64,000 nucleotides of DNA from Chrysomallon squamiferum (Eukaryota; Animalia; Mollusca), in assembly GCA_012295275.1 (NCBI GenBank), contig CM022672.1:14074001-14138000 (forward strand), given 5' to 3'. This document shows positions 1-24,897 of this stretch, piece by piece. Position numbers and translations under genes: made by a program. Every line of letters starts with the position of its first letter. Within the stretch, counting starts at the first letter, position 1. Below the pieces are notes generated by a model. The model did no database searches and was not told the DNA's origin. It saw nothing but the letters and a program-made list of their open reading frames with translations.

Positions 1-223
1 TCTGTCGGTAATTTGCAAATCCTAGTTTTAATGTATATTTTCGTTTCGTATATAAGTTAGGTGATTTGTTTTTTAAAAGCCGCACGCACGTAATTTAATA
101 TAATTTCAAACGAGGCTCTGCTTTCCTAAACAACGAGCTTACTAAAATTATCTGTTATTTATGTCTTCTTGAGTGTTTACTTTCTCTTTTATGTTTTAAC
201 AACTGACAAGCATAAAAAGAAAC

Positions 224-257
<34 letters not shown>

Positions 258-514
258 ATAATAATAAAATAATAAAATAAAAAATAATAAAAAAATTATT
301 TGAATGTCAAAAAATAAATAATAAGTGTATTATTCAAAGATAACCCCCAAAAAAATCTATCTATATATATATCTGTGTGTGTGTGTGTGTGTGTGTTGAA
401 TAAAAACAGATTTTTATTGAAAACAAAGCCAAAATATACTGCATTTATTTAATTATACTTTCAGATATTTTCTTTATTTTTATCATTAATTTCTTTACAA
501 AATATAACAGAATT

Positions 515-548
<34 letters not shown>

Positions 549-1216
549 AACACACACTTTGATTTAAGGATAATTTATTTATATATAAAAATAAAGTAAC
601 ACATATTCATACATGAAAGAAATGCAAGATATTTATTACAAAAATAAAAAAAAATAAAGAAATCAAAGAGTAACTTAAAAGGTAATATAAATTACGTTCT
701 TATTTTGCTGGGGTTTTTTTTCTCTCTCTTTTCTTTCTTAATAGCTAACATAAGACCTCACTGAAAACCTGACTACTTTAAAAAAAAGAAAAAAACCAAA
801 CAATAACAAACAACAAACAAACAAAACAAACATAAATAAACTAGAGTATATAAATAAAAAGACCCTAAAAAAAGAAAGAAAGAAAAAAGTTTTTCCAGAA
901 CTTAACGAACAAAAGTAGATGTACTAAAACACCTGTTCAAGAAACAAAAGATTTATCTTTTTTCTTTTCTTAATATTGTTTCTTAAATAGATTTAATTTA
1001 TCATAATAAAAATAACTGAAAATGTTTTAGCAAAATAATAATAATAATAATAATAATAAAATATAATAAACATAAAAAATTATAAAAATAATAAAATGTT
1101 TTTAAACTTTTGTGATATTTTTTTCTATTTATTCAATTATATTCTCTAAATTTCATTGTTTTTTACTTTTTCCTTATGAGATATCTAATCTGAATGTATG
1201 CAATGTTTAAAAATTA

Positions 1217-1296
<80 letters not shown>

Positions 1297-2070
1297 AATA
1301 TATGGCATAACAATTAGAGAGACAGAGAGAGAGAGGGGGGGCAAAAGAGATAAAAGATCTAACAATGAAAAATTGGTTTTCAGAATTTTAAACAAAGAAA
1401 TATAAAACGCAGGTTATTAATACTGATTTTTAAAAATCAAATTTTTTTTTAATCATTCTGAGTCCCACTATAAGATCTTGGTAACTGTCTCTCAACTTTC
1501 CATTAGCAGTAATAGTGCGTGTTTTTTTTGTTTTTTTTGCATTTACAATTTACTAGACTTTTGCATTTTCTGGAACGGTTCTTCCCATATTAGTCTGTGA
1601 AATCAAAGGTCAACAGTATATGCAAATGTAACAAGTAATAACATTAATAATAATAACAGTAATAATGTGTGTGTGTGTGTGTGTGTGTGATTTTATCTAA
1701 AATAATCATCTAGAATTACAGTGAAATGTTTACTTTGGTTTAAGGATATTGATAAACAACAAAAGCAAAGTTACTGAGCATCTCATGTGGAATGTTAAAC
1801 AAAACATAAATCCACAGATTTAATAAGCCAAAACTGTTCTTTTAATTTATATGTAGCAGACAAATATAATACAAAATAAAGAATTAAGTCAATTGCATTT
1901 CTGTTTTGTTAATCGCGTCTATGGACATTTTGGATTTCTGGAATGGAAGTTTGTTTCTAAGCTAATATAGATATGAACAGAGTTACAAATAAAACAGAGT
2001 TACAATAAAACAGAGTTACAACAAAACAGAGACGTAACATGAATAATAATAATCATAATGACAACACTGC

Positions 2071-2101
<31 letters not shown>

Positions 2102-2641
2102 GCAATAATAATAATTAAAACTAAACTAAAATAATAATTTAAAATACAGGAGAACAGATAACTAGTAATTTTAGTGTTTGTTGTTGTTTTTTAGATATAA
2201 AAACCAATATAAAAATACTAATTATATACAAATATAAAACATATTTTAAAAAAAACTAAAAAAAAACAAACTCCAAAACAACCTGCAATAAACAAAGAAA
2301 CTATCTATTAGCTGGCTAATGGAATATACATTAACTACACACACACACACACATTCACACACAAACATATCTAAGTATATAGCTTTATATCTATTTAATA
2401 CTATATAATAAAATGCTTAATTATTTTCTCAGCTAACATTTTTAAATCTTCAAAACTTTAAGAAGACTTAAATAAAGCAAACTTTTTGGTAATAAATAAA
2501 CTGAAAAAGAACTTTGCTATTGTTGCACACGCACAAATTAACAGGAATGCTGAATCAGTAATAACATTTTTGATATTAATTTAATGATAATAAAACCATT
2601 CCATGACTCTTGTGCTTTGTTCTCATGGATGTCTATGCATT

Positions 2642-2645
<4 letters not shown>

Positions 2646-2730
<85 letters not shown>
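2646..2730. repeat. (CA)n microsatellite
   Basis: Directly visible; one of many (CA/TG)n tracts in the window. Confidence 0.95.
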
Positions 2731-2736
<6 letters not shown>

Positions 2737-5700
2737 CATATATAAAATAAACATCTATGATGACTGAATAAATTATCTGCATAGATCAAGGAGAAACATT
2801 TCTATAAACTTAACAAATAACAGTGGAATGTATTCATCATGACTTTAATAAACTTGTTAACCTGGCTTGTGTGAAATTAGCTGCAAATAAAAACAATATA
2901 TATATTTTTTTTTTTTTTTTTATTATTATTGCTAATTTATATATTTTAACTTAACTTGTTAATGCCATTAAATACTATTACATAGTAAAAATATTTTTTT
3001 TAAATTTATTTACATGAATACAAATTTGACATTGTAGATAAATAACATATACAATAATAAAACAATATAATCAGGAAATTCATTTTTCGTACAAGAATAA
3101 TAGATGTAAAAATGAATGTCATTTTTTATTCTTTGTGGTTTTATATATATAAACAAATTTGAAAATATTTGAAAACCATTGTTATTGTAGATAGCCATAC
3201 TCAAATGAACCAGCAAGATTTCAGAACAAATACAAAGAACAAATTTTAAAGATTAAATTAATTAAAACAAATCTAATAAAACAAAACATAGTTTTTGTAA
3301 TTCAATTTTTTATTATGTTATGATTTTACGTTATAAAATATTTATTTATTTATTTATTTATTTATTTTTTTATTGCACATTATCAACAATTACCATATAA
3401 TCTTTAATATTCACACTCATTTAAACAATGATTTGAATATCTAAGTTCCAACCCTTAATAACAATGAAATGTAGCCACCTTGAATAAATATTTCATTTAT
3501 TTCCATATGACTGTTTTATTTAATACTGGAATAAAAACACATTTTCTTAAAGTATATAAAAATAATTTTTTTGATTGTCTACACATGTCAAGATCAGCAA
3601 AATTTAATAAAAACAAATTTTCTGACAATACATTAAAATATTTTTTAAGATTATTTACATAAATTAAAACCAGCAAACTTTAATTAAAAACAAATTTTCT
3701 GAAAACATAAAATATTTTTACTTAGATCATCTGCTCATATTTAAACCAGCAAATTTTAATGATAAAAACAAATCGTTTTAAAGTATATATAAAAATTATT
3801 TAGACTATCTTTTCATATCCAAACAAACTTTGATTAAAAATGAACTATATAGGATACCATATTTATTCACATACATGTAATACATACCCCTAATTGTGGC
3901 CGACTAAATTTTGGAATTAAATGTCTCTTACGAGAAACATTGACAACATTTTTCTCAGAATGATTACAGTTCACAAGGAAAGGCATTATTTAATTACCCC
4001 CAAAACCATAGCACTGTAATGCCAGATACCTGACTCTAGAAATTTGTTTTAATTCCTCTGTATTTTTGCAATCTAAACTCTTATGAAAAAAAGTTCATAT
4101 TATATACATGAATAAATATCGAATTTAAAATGAATTAAGGTTATTAGTTATCTATATATCAAGGCATATTGATTTAATCTCAATAATTTATACTATAATA
4201 AAACATTCTCTTAATATAATTACTCTCTAGATTCATAAGTACACATTAAAAAAAAAAAAAAAAAATTAAATTCTTTTGTTTGCACCACAACTACTAGCTT
4301 TTAACCAAACAAAAAAATAAACTGGGAATACGTAACATAAAACAGCTGGTTTTTCGGTGTGTGTTTTTTTTAGATGTATCAGAACAGGTAAACTTTAATG
4401 AAATAAATCATTTAGAAGGGTGCAACATTTCTACAGGTTTTCGCAGAGCTTCTTAAACTGGTGAACAGTTCACCTAAGGTAGAAAGAAAAGAAGATGGAC
4501 ATTACGACAGCAGTTAACAGAAAATGTAAGAGAAATTTAGTTAGCAGAAGTTGAGTGTATTTCTGTGGCAAAGATTCAAGGCTGAATGATTCCGAAACTG
4601 CTTAAGTAGCATTGGATTACTGGTTCAGACATCAACATGAATATTCTAAAGAGAGAGTCATTTGGAAATTATAAATACATACGTATGTACATACCAGTGG
4701 TCTCTCTAGCATTTGTGAAAGGATGGTGGGGTTCGGCATAACTGGTGCAAGTTATACGAAGGGATGGTACAGAAAATGTTCAGGGTACAAGTACTTTGAA
4801 CAATGTTCAAATTACTTGTTTGTCAAAAATACTCCCATAAATGATTCCATCAAAGGCATTAACTATTAACAAGTTTATTTTATTTGCAATTAAATATAAT
4901 CAAAGTGTCTGTTCCCAGCAAGTTTTGTCTGGTTGTTCAGTGAATTATATTCTTTACATGTATATATTTATATATATTTTATATACATGTGTCTGTGTGT
5001 GTGTGTGTGTGTGTGAAATGTGTAATCATTTTTATTGCTCTGAAAGTAAAAAATCGCCACGCACTATGATAATGAATATTTATCAGAATGTCACGCTGTG
5101 TTGGCAATGCGCTGTTAATAATAATTATTTTAATATTGTGCTGATCGAGTGCATATATATCTTTTTTTCAAAGGACGAAGCTAATATTTTTAAAAGTTAT
5201 TTATGTATCTAGGATAACATTTGCATGTTAAAAATATTTGTAGCAATCACTGACATTCATGCACAATAATTTAGACGCACAGCACCTGCTGCAAGTAAGC
5301 TTGATTACACAAGCATTGCGAGCAGCAGCAAATTTCAGAGGAATCAGATTCCATCCCTTCTAAACGGGGTTTAATTTGTAAATATGACAGTCGCCATTTC
5401 AGTTTACATCTGTTTTGTTTAGGGACAAGACATGTGAAGAGCTGCCACAAAAGTGCAAAACAACAGCATAACAGTCAGTCTAAATAAACAGGTGGTGGAC
5501 ATTGCTGTTGTTGGTGACGAATGGCAGGCGAACTCGTTGCAAGCCATAAGGGTTGATGAACCCACCATCTCTTAGAGTATGTAGCGAGACCTCTGCATAC
5601 ATACATATACATACATACATATACACATACATACAAATACATATAAAATATCTGTTAAAACTGCAAGAGAACATTTGATCAGACGTACATCCGACAATCA

Positions 5701-5816
5701 ATATCTATTTGTTCATAACTTAAAATGTTAACTTTAATGAAAAAGTGCGTATATGTACATCCTAGAAAACTGTGTCTCTGTGCCTCCACAGGTCAATATT
5801 AACACAGATTATGGTG

Positions 5817-15172
<9,356 letters not shown>

Positions 15173-17216
15173 CTTGCCTCCACTTCTTTCGTCTTACATT
15201 ACCTGTAACAAAAACAATTTGATACAATTTGAAATTTAGTATTATTTTCAGTGTCAAACAGTCTATCTTACATTACCTGTAACAAAAACAATTAAGTAAC
15301 AAACTCAAAATACTGAAATTTAAAATTGTTTTCAGTCTAAATCCATCCTGTTTGCAGAAGTTCTAAATAACAGAATTTCAAGATAGCTTCAAGTATTAGT
15401 TTACTGGAAGTAAAATTTCTTCAGGCCCTTTTATCAGAAGAAAAAACCATAAAATAAAATATGGTGAACTGTCATTTAAAAATATAATATGAAAAGTGCC
15501 TGATTGATCCTTTATCAGTTTATAGATTTTGAATATTATGTTCATTTAAAAACAGAGTCTACAAAATAAACCACAGTAATAAGAAGTGAATGTTGTTGTC
15601 TTGTTTCTTATCACTTCAGTTTTCTAAATTAAATATTATTTTTTAAATAATGAACAATCCAGAATTCTTTAAAATATCTCCTTAAATACCCATTTGTAGT
15701 GTATGTTTTATGTTTTAATGTATTTTAATTTTTAGCTGATCTGATAGTCTTTTAAAGAACTGATATATATGCAGTTTCGAAGATTTTCATTTGAAAATCG
15801 ATATCTTAAAAGCACGGTTTAGTTGATCTGTTATTTGTGAAATTAATGTCGAAATGATATTGTTTTAAAAACAGTCATGAAAATGATAATATCTTTATTA
15901 TGCAGTTTACAAAGCTGTTATAAAACTGATATCTTTATCATGCAAAATTATAAAAATTACAAAGCCTATAATCTATTATTGAATATATGAAACTGTTATG
16001 AAACTGATAAAATCTTGATCATGCAATTTATAAGTGTTATGAAATTAATATTTTGATTATACAGTGTTCAGTTGTAAAAATTATATTAATTTGTTTAAAA
16101 AAAAGAAATAAAAATCTTTAAAAAAAAAATCTATTAATGATAGCAAATTTTATAATAACATTTTTTTTCAAAAATGACAGGATGAGTATAATTTTTTTAT
16201 TTTTTTAAAGTGTTTGTTGTTATATGTTTATTATTATAAATTATTATTATTATTATTAACAAATTTTAAACTACTAATAGACAGTAATACTTCTTTAACT
16301 GACTGCTTTAAACTCCAGTTAGTAATATATCATAGGAACATAGAAGTTCAATGTTATGAAGAATCTGGTATTTACATAACGTCAATACATTGAAGGGCAC
16401 ACTTATGAACACAGTAAAGAAAATATTTCATAGTAATTGTACAAGCTGAATGCAGTCCAGGTCAACATTAAGAACACTAATAGCTACATAATGTTCTCAT
16501 TAAGCTTTATCACTGTACTTTGACCTGTAAGTTATTTGGTTTTTCTGGTCATCCAATGAAAAGCTTGGAGGAAGTTCATTCATGTTTCATAACAGGAAGA
16601 CTGTCCAAAGATGTCGTTTTAGTAACATAAAAATTGAGACTGAATCACATTAAATTTATTATAAAGTGCAGAAAAAACTGTATTAATTAATATGCAAATA
16701 GTGTTGCATTCAGTTTCAACAAAATAAATTAACTAAAAAAAAATAATAAAACCAAGCTATTGTCAGAATTAGCTTCATGTATTTTGAAAACAATAAAATC
16801 AAAATTAGAATTAAATAATTTATACAAAAAATAAAAAATATATATAAAAGGAAACTTTTTATAACTGAAATAAACAGTTAAATTACAAAGCAGTTTATTA
16901 CTATTATCTTTTTTTTTAAATCAAATTTTAGATGTTATGCACACTGATTTAATGGAAAGAAGTCATTATTTTAGATCATCCTCAAATAAGACAGACTGAT
17001 GGTGATGAAATATAAACCAACAGTTTCTGATTTGTATAGGCTGCAGGGAATGGATAATGAAGAAAAACAGTCTATATTTATATCAGGCTGAATAATGATG
17101 CAGCACTTAAATATCCTTGACACAGACACTTCCTGGTTTGCTCTGTAAGGCAAACAGTGCCTCTGATTGGTTTGTTGGATTAACACACTACACCAGAGAT
17201 AAAACAACTCTCACTA

Positions 17217-17357
<141 letters not shown>

Positions 17358-19426
17358 ACAGATAGAAAGTTAGCTATAGATATATAGATATGATATGTTA
17401 TACATCCTACAGTCACTACATATTGTGGCAAGATATGATGACTTGATAGATTTCTATTTTGGGTGGGGGGAACTATATTTTATTCCATCATTTAACTTAT
17501 TATTTACACAAACAGGTACTGAAATGCCCACTTCATTTGTGTCAGCATAAAAGAAAAAAAAAAAGAAAAAAAAAAAAAGAAAAAAAAAAAAAAAAAAAAA
17601 AAGAATAAATAAACAAATAAATAAATAAATAAATAAATAATCCAGAAGCAAGTCAAGGCTGTAATTGTTCTATAAAATATCCTCTTTTCTTTTTCAGTAA
17701 TTACGAGCCATTGAGTATGCATCACTACTAAAATTTTGATCAAATAACATTATGGTGATGGTAACATCAGTTTTATTTGTACTTAATATATATATAGACT
17801 CACTCAGTAAAGGCTCAGAATGCATCTATAGGCATCTTAAGTTTCTAGATTTTCTCTGACGGGCTTAATGTTGAAATCTTACTTGTTATACTCTGATTTA
17901 TATATAGAGACTTAAGACTTGTTCCAATAAAAAACAAAAAAATAAATGAAAAAAATAAAAAAAAAGTAAAATAATAATAACAACATATAATTTTATATAT
18001 TGTCATAAGAAAGTAACAGTATTTATAAAAAAAAGCTGTACTGGCAAACTATTTGGCACATTTTCCAATACAAAAAAATAGATTTATTAATTTATCACCT
18101 ATCTTTTAGCATTTTTCTTTAAAAAAACTAAAAAAAAACATTATATATATATATAAAACATTCTCACTGTGCTTTCATTGTGTTCCATCAATGCCAAACA
18201 TGAAATTGTAGACATGAAATTGTTTTCCACAACTAAAAATGAGTAATTCTATTAACATTATATCAATGTTGTGTGTACAACAACCACAACCAGTAATCAC
18301 AAATAGTTATTTTCTAAATTTGCATGTTTCTATGCAAAGAATTAAAATTCTAAATTTTCTTAAGCAGATAGCAGAAAAATCTAATTTTAAAAAGTAATTT
18401 TATCATTGTCGTAACACCTTGTGTCACAGAATTCTCTCACGCAGTCTATCAGAAAGTGTTAATTTGTCTTACTGAACTACATGGTAAGATAAGTGAATCA
18501 TTTTTAAAAAGGAACAATTTAAGCAAGCTCATTGGCGAATTATTTAACAGCTGGCAGAAACTCTTGGTGATGTTATCATTACTGGAAATCCTAATTAGCT
18601 GAAATTTTGCTGGGATTCATATACAAAATGATTTTGTTTCTATGCATTGTTAATATTGTTTATTATGATTCAAAAATTATTTATTGCAGTTGCAAAGAGC
18701 AAATCAATCAATAGTTATATACAGTTGTTATGGTTATACTGCTAGTTAAAGTTTATTTCAGTTAAACTGTAAATGATTGATTAAGATAATACTAATTAAA
18801 TAACTGAGTTTGAAAAGTAAAAATAACATTATGGGGCATTAAAAGTGTGTTTTGAGTCATGAATCTTTTATTAAGATAATGCTGTTTACATATCTGAGTG
18901 TGAACTCTTAAAAATAACAGATTGGCACATTAACCTATGTGAACAGTTAAAACAAAAAACAATACTGAACATTAAAATAATCTTTAGTGCAATGTTTTGA
19001 GAAAATGTATGTAAGTTTGAAAGAATAATGTTTGTTATTCTGTAATTAATATTATTAAGCCTTTAACAGAATATTATTAAGCCTATGTTTAGAACAGAAA
19101 TAATTTTTAAATTAACATCTGTCGAATTTCTGATAATTACAATTAATTATTACCAATACCAGTAATAATAATCTGAGGTCCTTTCAAATCTTCCATTGAT
19201 TATGATTTTCTTTATTATTTATTTATTTATTTATTTATTTATTAGTATTATTATTATTATTATTATTTCAACATTGATTTAGATAGTGGTTGAGATTTAC
19301 GAAGTCACTCAAGTGAAAGTGTAAAGTTCATTTACGGTAAGATATAATTAAATCAAAAAATAATTAGAAAAGTAAAATCACGAACAATTTGTGGAATGCA
19401 AAATAATAATAATAATAATAATAATA

Positions 19427-19457
<31 letters not shown>

Positions 19458-19589
19458 TATCATTCAAGTCAAGGGGAGGAACATCATGAGCAAAGAATCA
19501 AAGATCGCAAAATCTTAAAAACTTTCCTAAGTGATAAACAGAAACAATTTTGTGAACTAATAAACTTTGATTAGCATGAACAAAAACTC

Positions 19590-19950
19590 ATTATACTTAC
19601 AGTTATTTCACTTGCCAAAATATAATTAATGTCATGACAGAAATAATAAATTTTAATCCAGCTCAAAGTTACTTTTAAGTTTCGAAAGCATAGACTTAAT
19701 TATTCATTTTATGGACTGGTACATGTACTTCCTTAGTCTCGAAAAAGCTACGGGGCTAGAACAGGTTATTCCCCATTGCAAAGATTTTAACCAATCGGAT
19801 TGTTTAAATTGCATTAACTAGCGATAGTCAGACTGAAAAGGAACAAGGTTATATTAGCGCGAAAAACTTATCTCCCTTTCGACCTGTCAAAAAGCGTGCC
19901 CGTCGTAGACGTGCTTCGCAACAGCTTGCTCTGCTTTGCACGTTAATTTT
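19590..19950 (-). promoter_or_regulatory. Probable promoter and non-coding first exon of the SH3BP2-like gene
   Basis: Local CpG-rich patch (about 19740-19945) in otherwise CpG-poor DNA, CCAAT at 19791-19795, and a minus-strand GTAAGT donor at 19595-19600. The first coding exon starts at a splice acceptor (15202), so an upstream exon must exist. Confidence 0.5.
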
Positions 19951-20899
19951 TTTTTCAGTTTTAGTTTCATCTCCCTTTTTTTTTTTTTTTTTAAATATAT
20001 TATTAAAAAACTTTTTTTTAAACATTGATGCTGACAAATTTCCCCAACGATTGCTATGTGCTATATTGATCGATCTTTTGGAATTACTCTAACACCCATT
20101 ATCATTAATGCATTGCTGCCTTTTTTGTGTATATTATTATCACACTCACTACCGCTTATATCAGTTCCGCATTAATGTTAAAAAAGAAATACACAGCCAG
20201 TGTGAATGTATCGCTCTTTAACTTGCATGAATTCATGCCTTAATACGTAACATTAACTTTATGTTGAATATTCAAGGCAGGGTCAAAAATGTGATCTCTT
20301 CTTGCGAAAATAATAACAAATAAGAAAAAACAACATGTTGGCTAACACAAAATGTTGTAGGCGTCATATATCCATAATGATATACATTTATTGTTTGTAA
20401 ATATATTCCATGCGACATAAAATAAAAATAAAAGAGAAAAGTCAAACGTTTGTTGTCTTTTCACATGGTTATTGCTCTTTTAGGGAAACTACTATTTGTG
20501 TAGTGTGTCATTAGCAGTTACGATACAGGCAAACATAAGTACTAAAAGGAATCGATAGAAATATACAAATGCAGTTAGAAATGGTCATCTCACTGAAGTT
20601 TTATCTTGAATTCTTACTAATATCTTCTGTTTGTATTTTGTAAAAGTATAATCTGTATAAATTAAGCATGTCAAAACATTGTATTTAATTAATAATTTAT
20701 GGACATTTGATTCAGTGATTATCATTGATAATTAATAATCTTTCAATCATGCACTCCAAAATGCCTTTTCACAGTTTGGTAAACAATGTTTTTGTGATGA
20801 AAATTTAAAACACAAATGTTTTAAAATCATTTTATTTACAAAATTATATTGTACATTCAGAGGACTTCATTCATTGGATATTTAATATATATAAAAAAA

Positions 20900-21330
20900 A
20901 TGAATTTGTAAAAAAAACCCCCCAAAAACAAATGAATTTGTAAAAAAAAAAAAAAAAAAAATGAATTTACATATTAAAAATATTATGGTTAATGTCATTA
21001 TATAATCTCAAAATTCTGTTCACTGCTGTGATTTTATTTATTGTGTATTCTGAGAATTTTAATACAGTATTCAATAAATATAAAAACTAATTTGTAAAAC
21101 AGAAACAAACAAATATGAATTTTCATATTCAAATTATTATGACTGATGTAGTCATTTTATCATTTAAAAATTTTGTTCACTGCTGTACATTTTTGTACAT
21201 TCTGAGAATTTTAAAATAAGCATATTCAATAAATATAAAAAAAAAGTCATTGGAAAAACAAAAACAAAATGAATTTACATATTAAAATTATTATGACTGA
21301 TGTAATTTTATTATTCTCAAATTAACTGTA
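20900..21330. repeat. Degenerate repeat of about 155 bp (2-3 copies) downstream of the Cys-rich gene
   Basis: ATGAATTTACATATTAAAA.TATTATG...TGTTCACTGCTGT...ATTCTGAGAATTTTAA...TATTCAATAAATATAAAA recurs at about 20961, 21115 and 21269; the last copy is partial. Confidence 0.7.
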
Positions 21331-22485
21331 TGAGTTCATATTATACCTCCGTATTTGTAGTAACCACTAAAAGTATTTAAAAAACCCCAAAGAAACAACG
21401 AAAAAACAAAACTGGGATTTTCAAATGATGTTAAAGATTCAAATACTTGTTATTTGGAAACAGCTTATTAATCTATGGGCCAAAAATCTTAAAATGCCAG
21501 CAATCAGATCAAAATTAAGCAAAAAAAAATTTAAAATAGAAAAAGTTAATTACATCATTATATAGTAAAGACTATCCTATGCATAATACATTAACATATA
21601 TACAAATTATCATCTAACACATACTTCAAAACTAGAAATACTAGTTTAAATTACTTTTTGTTTTCACAAAAATATTATTTAAACAGAATCGCATAATAAT
21701 TTCTCTTAATGAAAGCCCAGTGGTTTAGTCTATAGATTTAATTTAGAAAAATAAGTATAAAAATTCATAAAAATATTTCATTATTTCATATTCTAAAACA
21801 TATTAAGTACTAGTTTTAAAATATAAGCCAGCCAACAAAAACAGAAACTATATATTTCTTTTCTTTGCCTTTCTTTAAATTATTCTTTTTAAACTATTAA
21901 CATAAAGAGAATAAAACATTTTAAATTTAAAACTAATAAAAAATAAACAAAAGATCTTCATAATTATTAGTGTTATGTAAAAAAAGAAAAAGAAATTCAA
22001 GATCAACATTTTCTTCTTGTTATTAAAACTTCAGAAAATCCATATTCACTTGTGTCCATGGTGATTTATTTATAACAAAATATATTTGTAAAATTCTAAT
22101 TTTCTTTTAATCAACTAACTTATTACTTTGAATAATAATAATAACAATAGTAACAATAATATTATTACAAAAAAAATGTTCAAAAATGTCTCAGCTTAAA
22201 CTGTCATTCATTAATTTTCTTACATTATTGTACTTGGCAAAACCATTTTTCTTCTCAACATTACCAAAGATTTTGCACATTTTCCAGATTGTGTAACATC
22301 AAAGCAAATGAGTAAAAAAAAATATACATGAAACCATAATAAGTCCGTAAATTTCTCCCTAAATTATTCATAGGATGAGTATTGCACAGAAATCTATTGT
22401 TCACATCCGCACCGACACTTGAGTCAAAAAACATCTGACGAGTAACTTCATTTTTGGACAGTAATGTAAACATGTCAAGTGTTTT

Positions 22486-24775
22486 CTATAATCCTGAATA
22501 TTCAGGCTGATTTGATGACGTTAGTCGTGTAGTTTCTTCCACTAATCTGCTTTTCTTCTTCTTGCGATACTGGTAGCAGTTTATTCCAACTATTACACAA
22601 ACTATTATCCCAGCTGCAGAAAAAAAAAAAAAAAAAAAAAAAAAATTATCTTTTTTTAAAAACAGCTTGTCTATAAATTATTTATTTTAAATGAAAATTC
22701 AAATTTTTTTTTCCGCAACTGAAATTAACTTTAAAAAAACCCCATAAATCTGTAAATTATTTCAAATGAAAAAATAATATAGTAATAATAATTTTTCTTT
22801 AATAAGTTTAACTAAAAAAAAAAACCCACTAAATTATCTTAAACAGAAAATCTAAAAAACAATTTTCGTTAACTTATAAAACCACATTGTCCAATATGAA
22901 AAATAAAAACGAAAACTAAACAAAATAATTATATAATATCTGAAATTAAAAAAAAAAAAAAAAATGGTATTAAAATAACTAATACTTATTGTCATACCTA
23001 TAGTAACACCTGCAATAATTGCAATGAATTCTTCGGTAGGTTTGCAGGCTTGTTTGCTTTTGTCAACTGTCCACAGTGGTGGGTCACATGGGTGTGGTGT
23101 GAAACTGCCTGCTGGACAGTAACTGCTGGGTGGACACGGCACAGGACGTTCATTGGGCTGCTGTTAAATTAGAAAAAATGCAAATGACAAAACACACACA
23201 CGTTAATTTATCATCTTTTTAAAGTAAAAGCTTTACGATTAGAATTACAAGAATATTAAAGATAAAATACTCATATTTTCAAGTAACAAAATTATCACCA
23301 TTATCTTTTTTTTCTTCTTTTTTTTTAAAAATCAAAAAAATAATATTTGCATTGTTTTAAGAAAAAAGGAGAAACTGAAAAAAAAAATGTGTATTACAAA
23401 AAAAAGTAGTAATTAAAAGATGTAAGTAGCAGTTCAGCGTATTGTTAGAAAAAAGAAAAATGAAGACCATTAATTTATCAACTGACTTTAAATAAAAAGT
23501 AATTAATATTTCAAATATTTTAAGATAAAAGCTAAAATAAGAATTATACTATCATGTAATATCAGATTACAATAATACAAGTGACCATTATTATCCTTAT
23601 CATCATCATTATCATCATTGTCATTGTCATTTACTTATTTATTTATTGCAATTATAAAATTATTGATTAATAATATAACTTCAAATTAGAGTAATACTAT
23701 GCAATGCATTATCATCATCATTATAATTATCTTTATTTGTTTATTTATGTACTTGTTTATGTATTTATTTATTTATTTATTTACAAATATAAATTACATT
23801 AATAGCACAAAATCAGATTTATTTACTTATTTACAAATATTAATTATATTAACATAATATCAGATTACAATAATACTGCATGCAGGACAATCATCATCAT
23901 TATAATTATACTTATTAATTAATTTATTTATTTTCAAATACAAATTATAATAATAATAAAACATCAGATTACAATGCTGGTATTTTCTGGGATGTCATCT
24001 TCATTATAATTATCTTTATTTATTTATTTATTTATTTATATACTTACTTATTTACAAATATACACTATATTAATAATATAACATCAGATAACAGTAATAT
24101 TACATACAGGACAGTAAAATCCGGCCTGACATTCATTGCAGTGAGTTTGTCCTGATTGTAATGTGTAATAACCATGTTTACAGGTTACACATTTTCCTGC
24201 ATGATTTTCATTTGCTGTACCTATATTGAAAGAAAATAACACCAATTCAAAGAAAAAAAACCCTCAATGTTTCAACTATTTTATACATACATACATACTG
24301 AATTAAAAATAAAGAAAAAACACACCCCCGACAAAAAAATAAACCATGCAAAAGTATTTTCTTTTGTAATCAAAACTTGTTGTTTTTATAAATGTTGTCC
24401 AATGCTATTTTCGAATTAAAAAAAAAAAAAGATGAAAAATCCATTCCAGAAAACCCTAACAAGAAAAAAAAAAAAAAAATAGTGCTTATATTCTTTTATA
24501 ATCAAGATATTATTTGAATGTCTTAAAACATAAAAACCCCCATCTTAGCCATTTTCTCATTATTATTATTTTTCATACACCTGGCTGTAGATTTACCTTC
24601 AAAACAGTATAAAGATAATAATAAAAAAATGTATTACCTGCAACACAAGCAGTACAATTCGTAGCACCTGGATTTTTGGCCTCGTATCCTGGGTGACAGG
24701 GTGAACAAAATTTGCTTCCAGTCTCACTAAAATAAACAAAGATAATTATACAAATGTTTTACAGGCACTTTTGGC

Positions 24776-24824
<49 letters not shown>

Positions 24825-24855
24825 TAACAATAACAGCAACAGCAACAGCAACAGC

Positions 24856-24897
<42 letters not shown>

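Noticed and set aside
1545-1595. Possible small minus-strand exon (LIWEEPFQKMQKSSKL*)
   Set aside because: No partner exons or recognisable homology; it cannot be supported from the sequence.
5480-5592. AG-flanked open stretch below the SH3BP2 stop as an alternative terminal exon
   Set aside because: Splicing from the phase-0 donor at 6451 hits a stop after 6 codons, and exon 5817-5966 already completes the SH2 domain.
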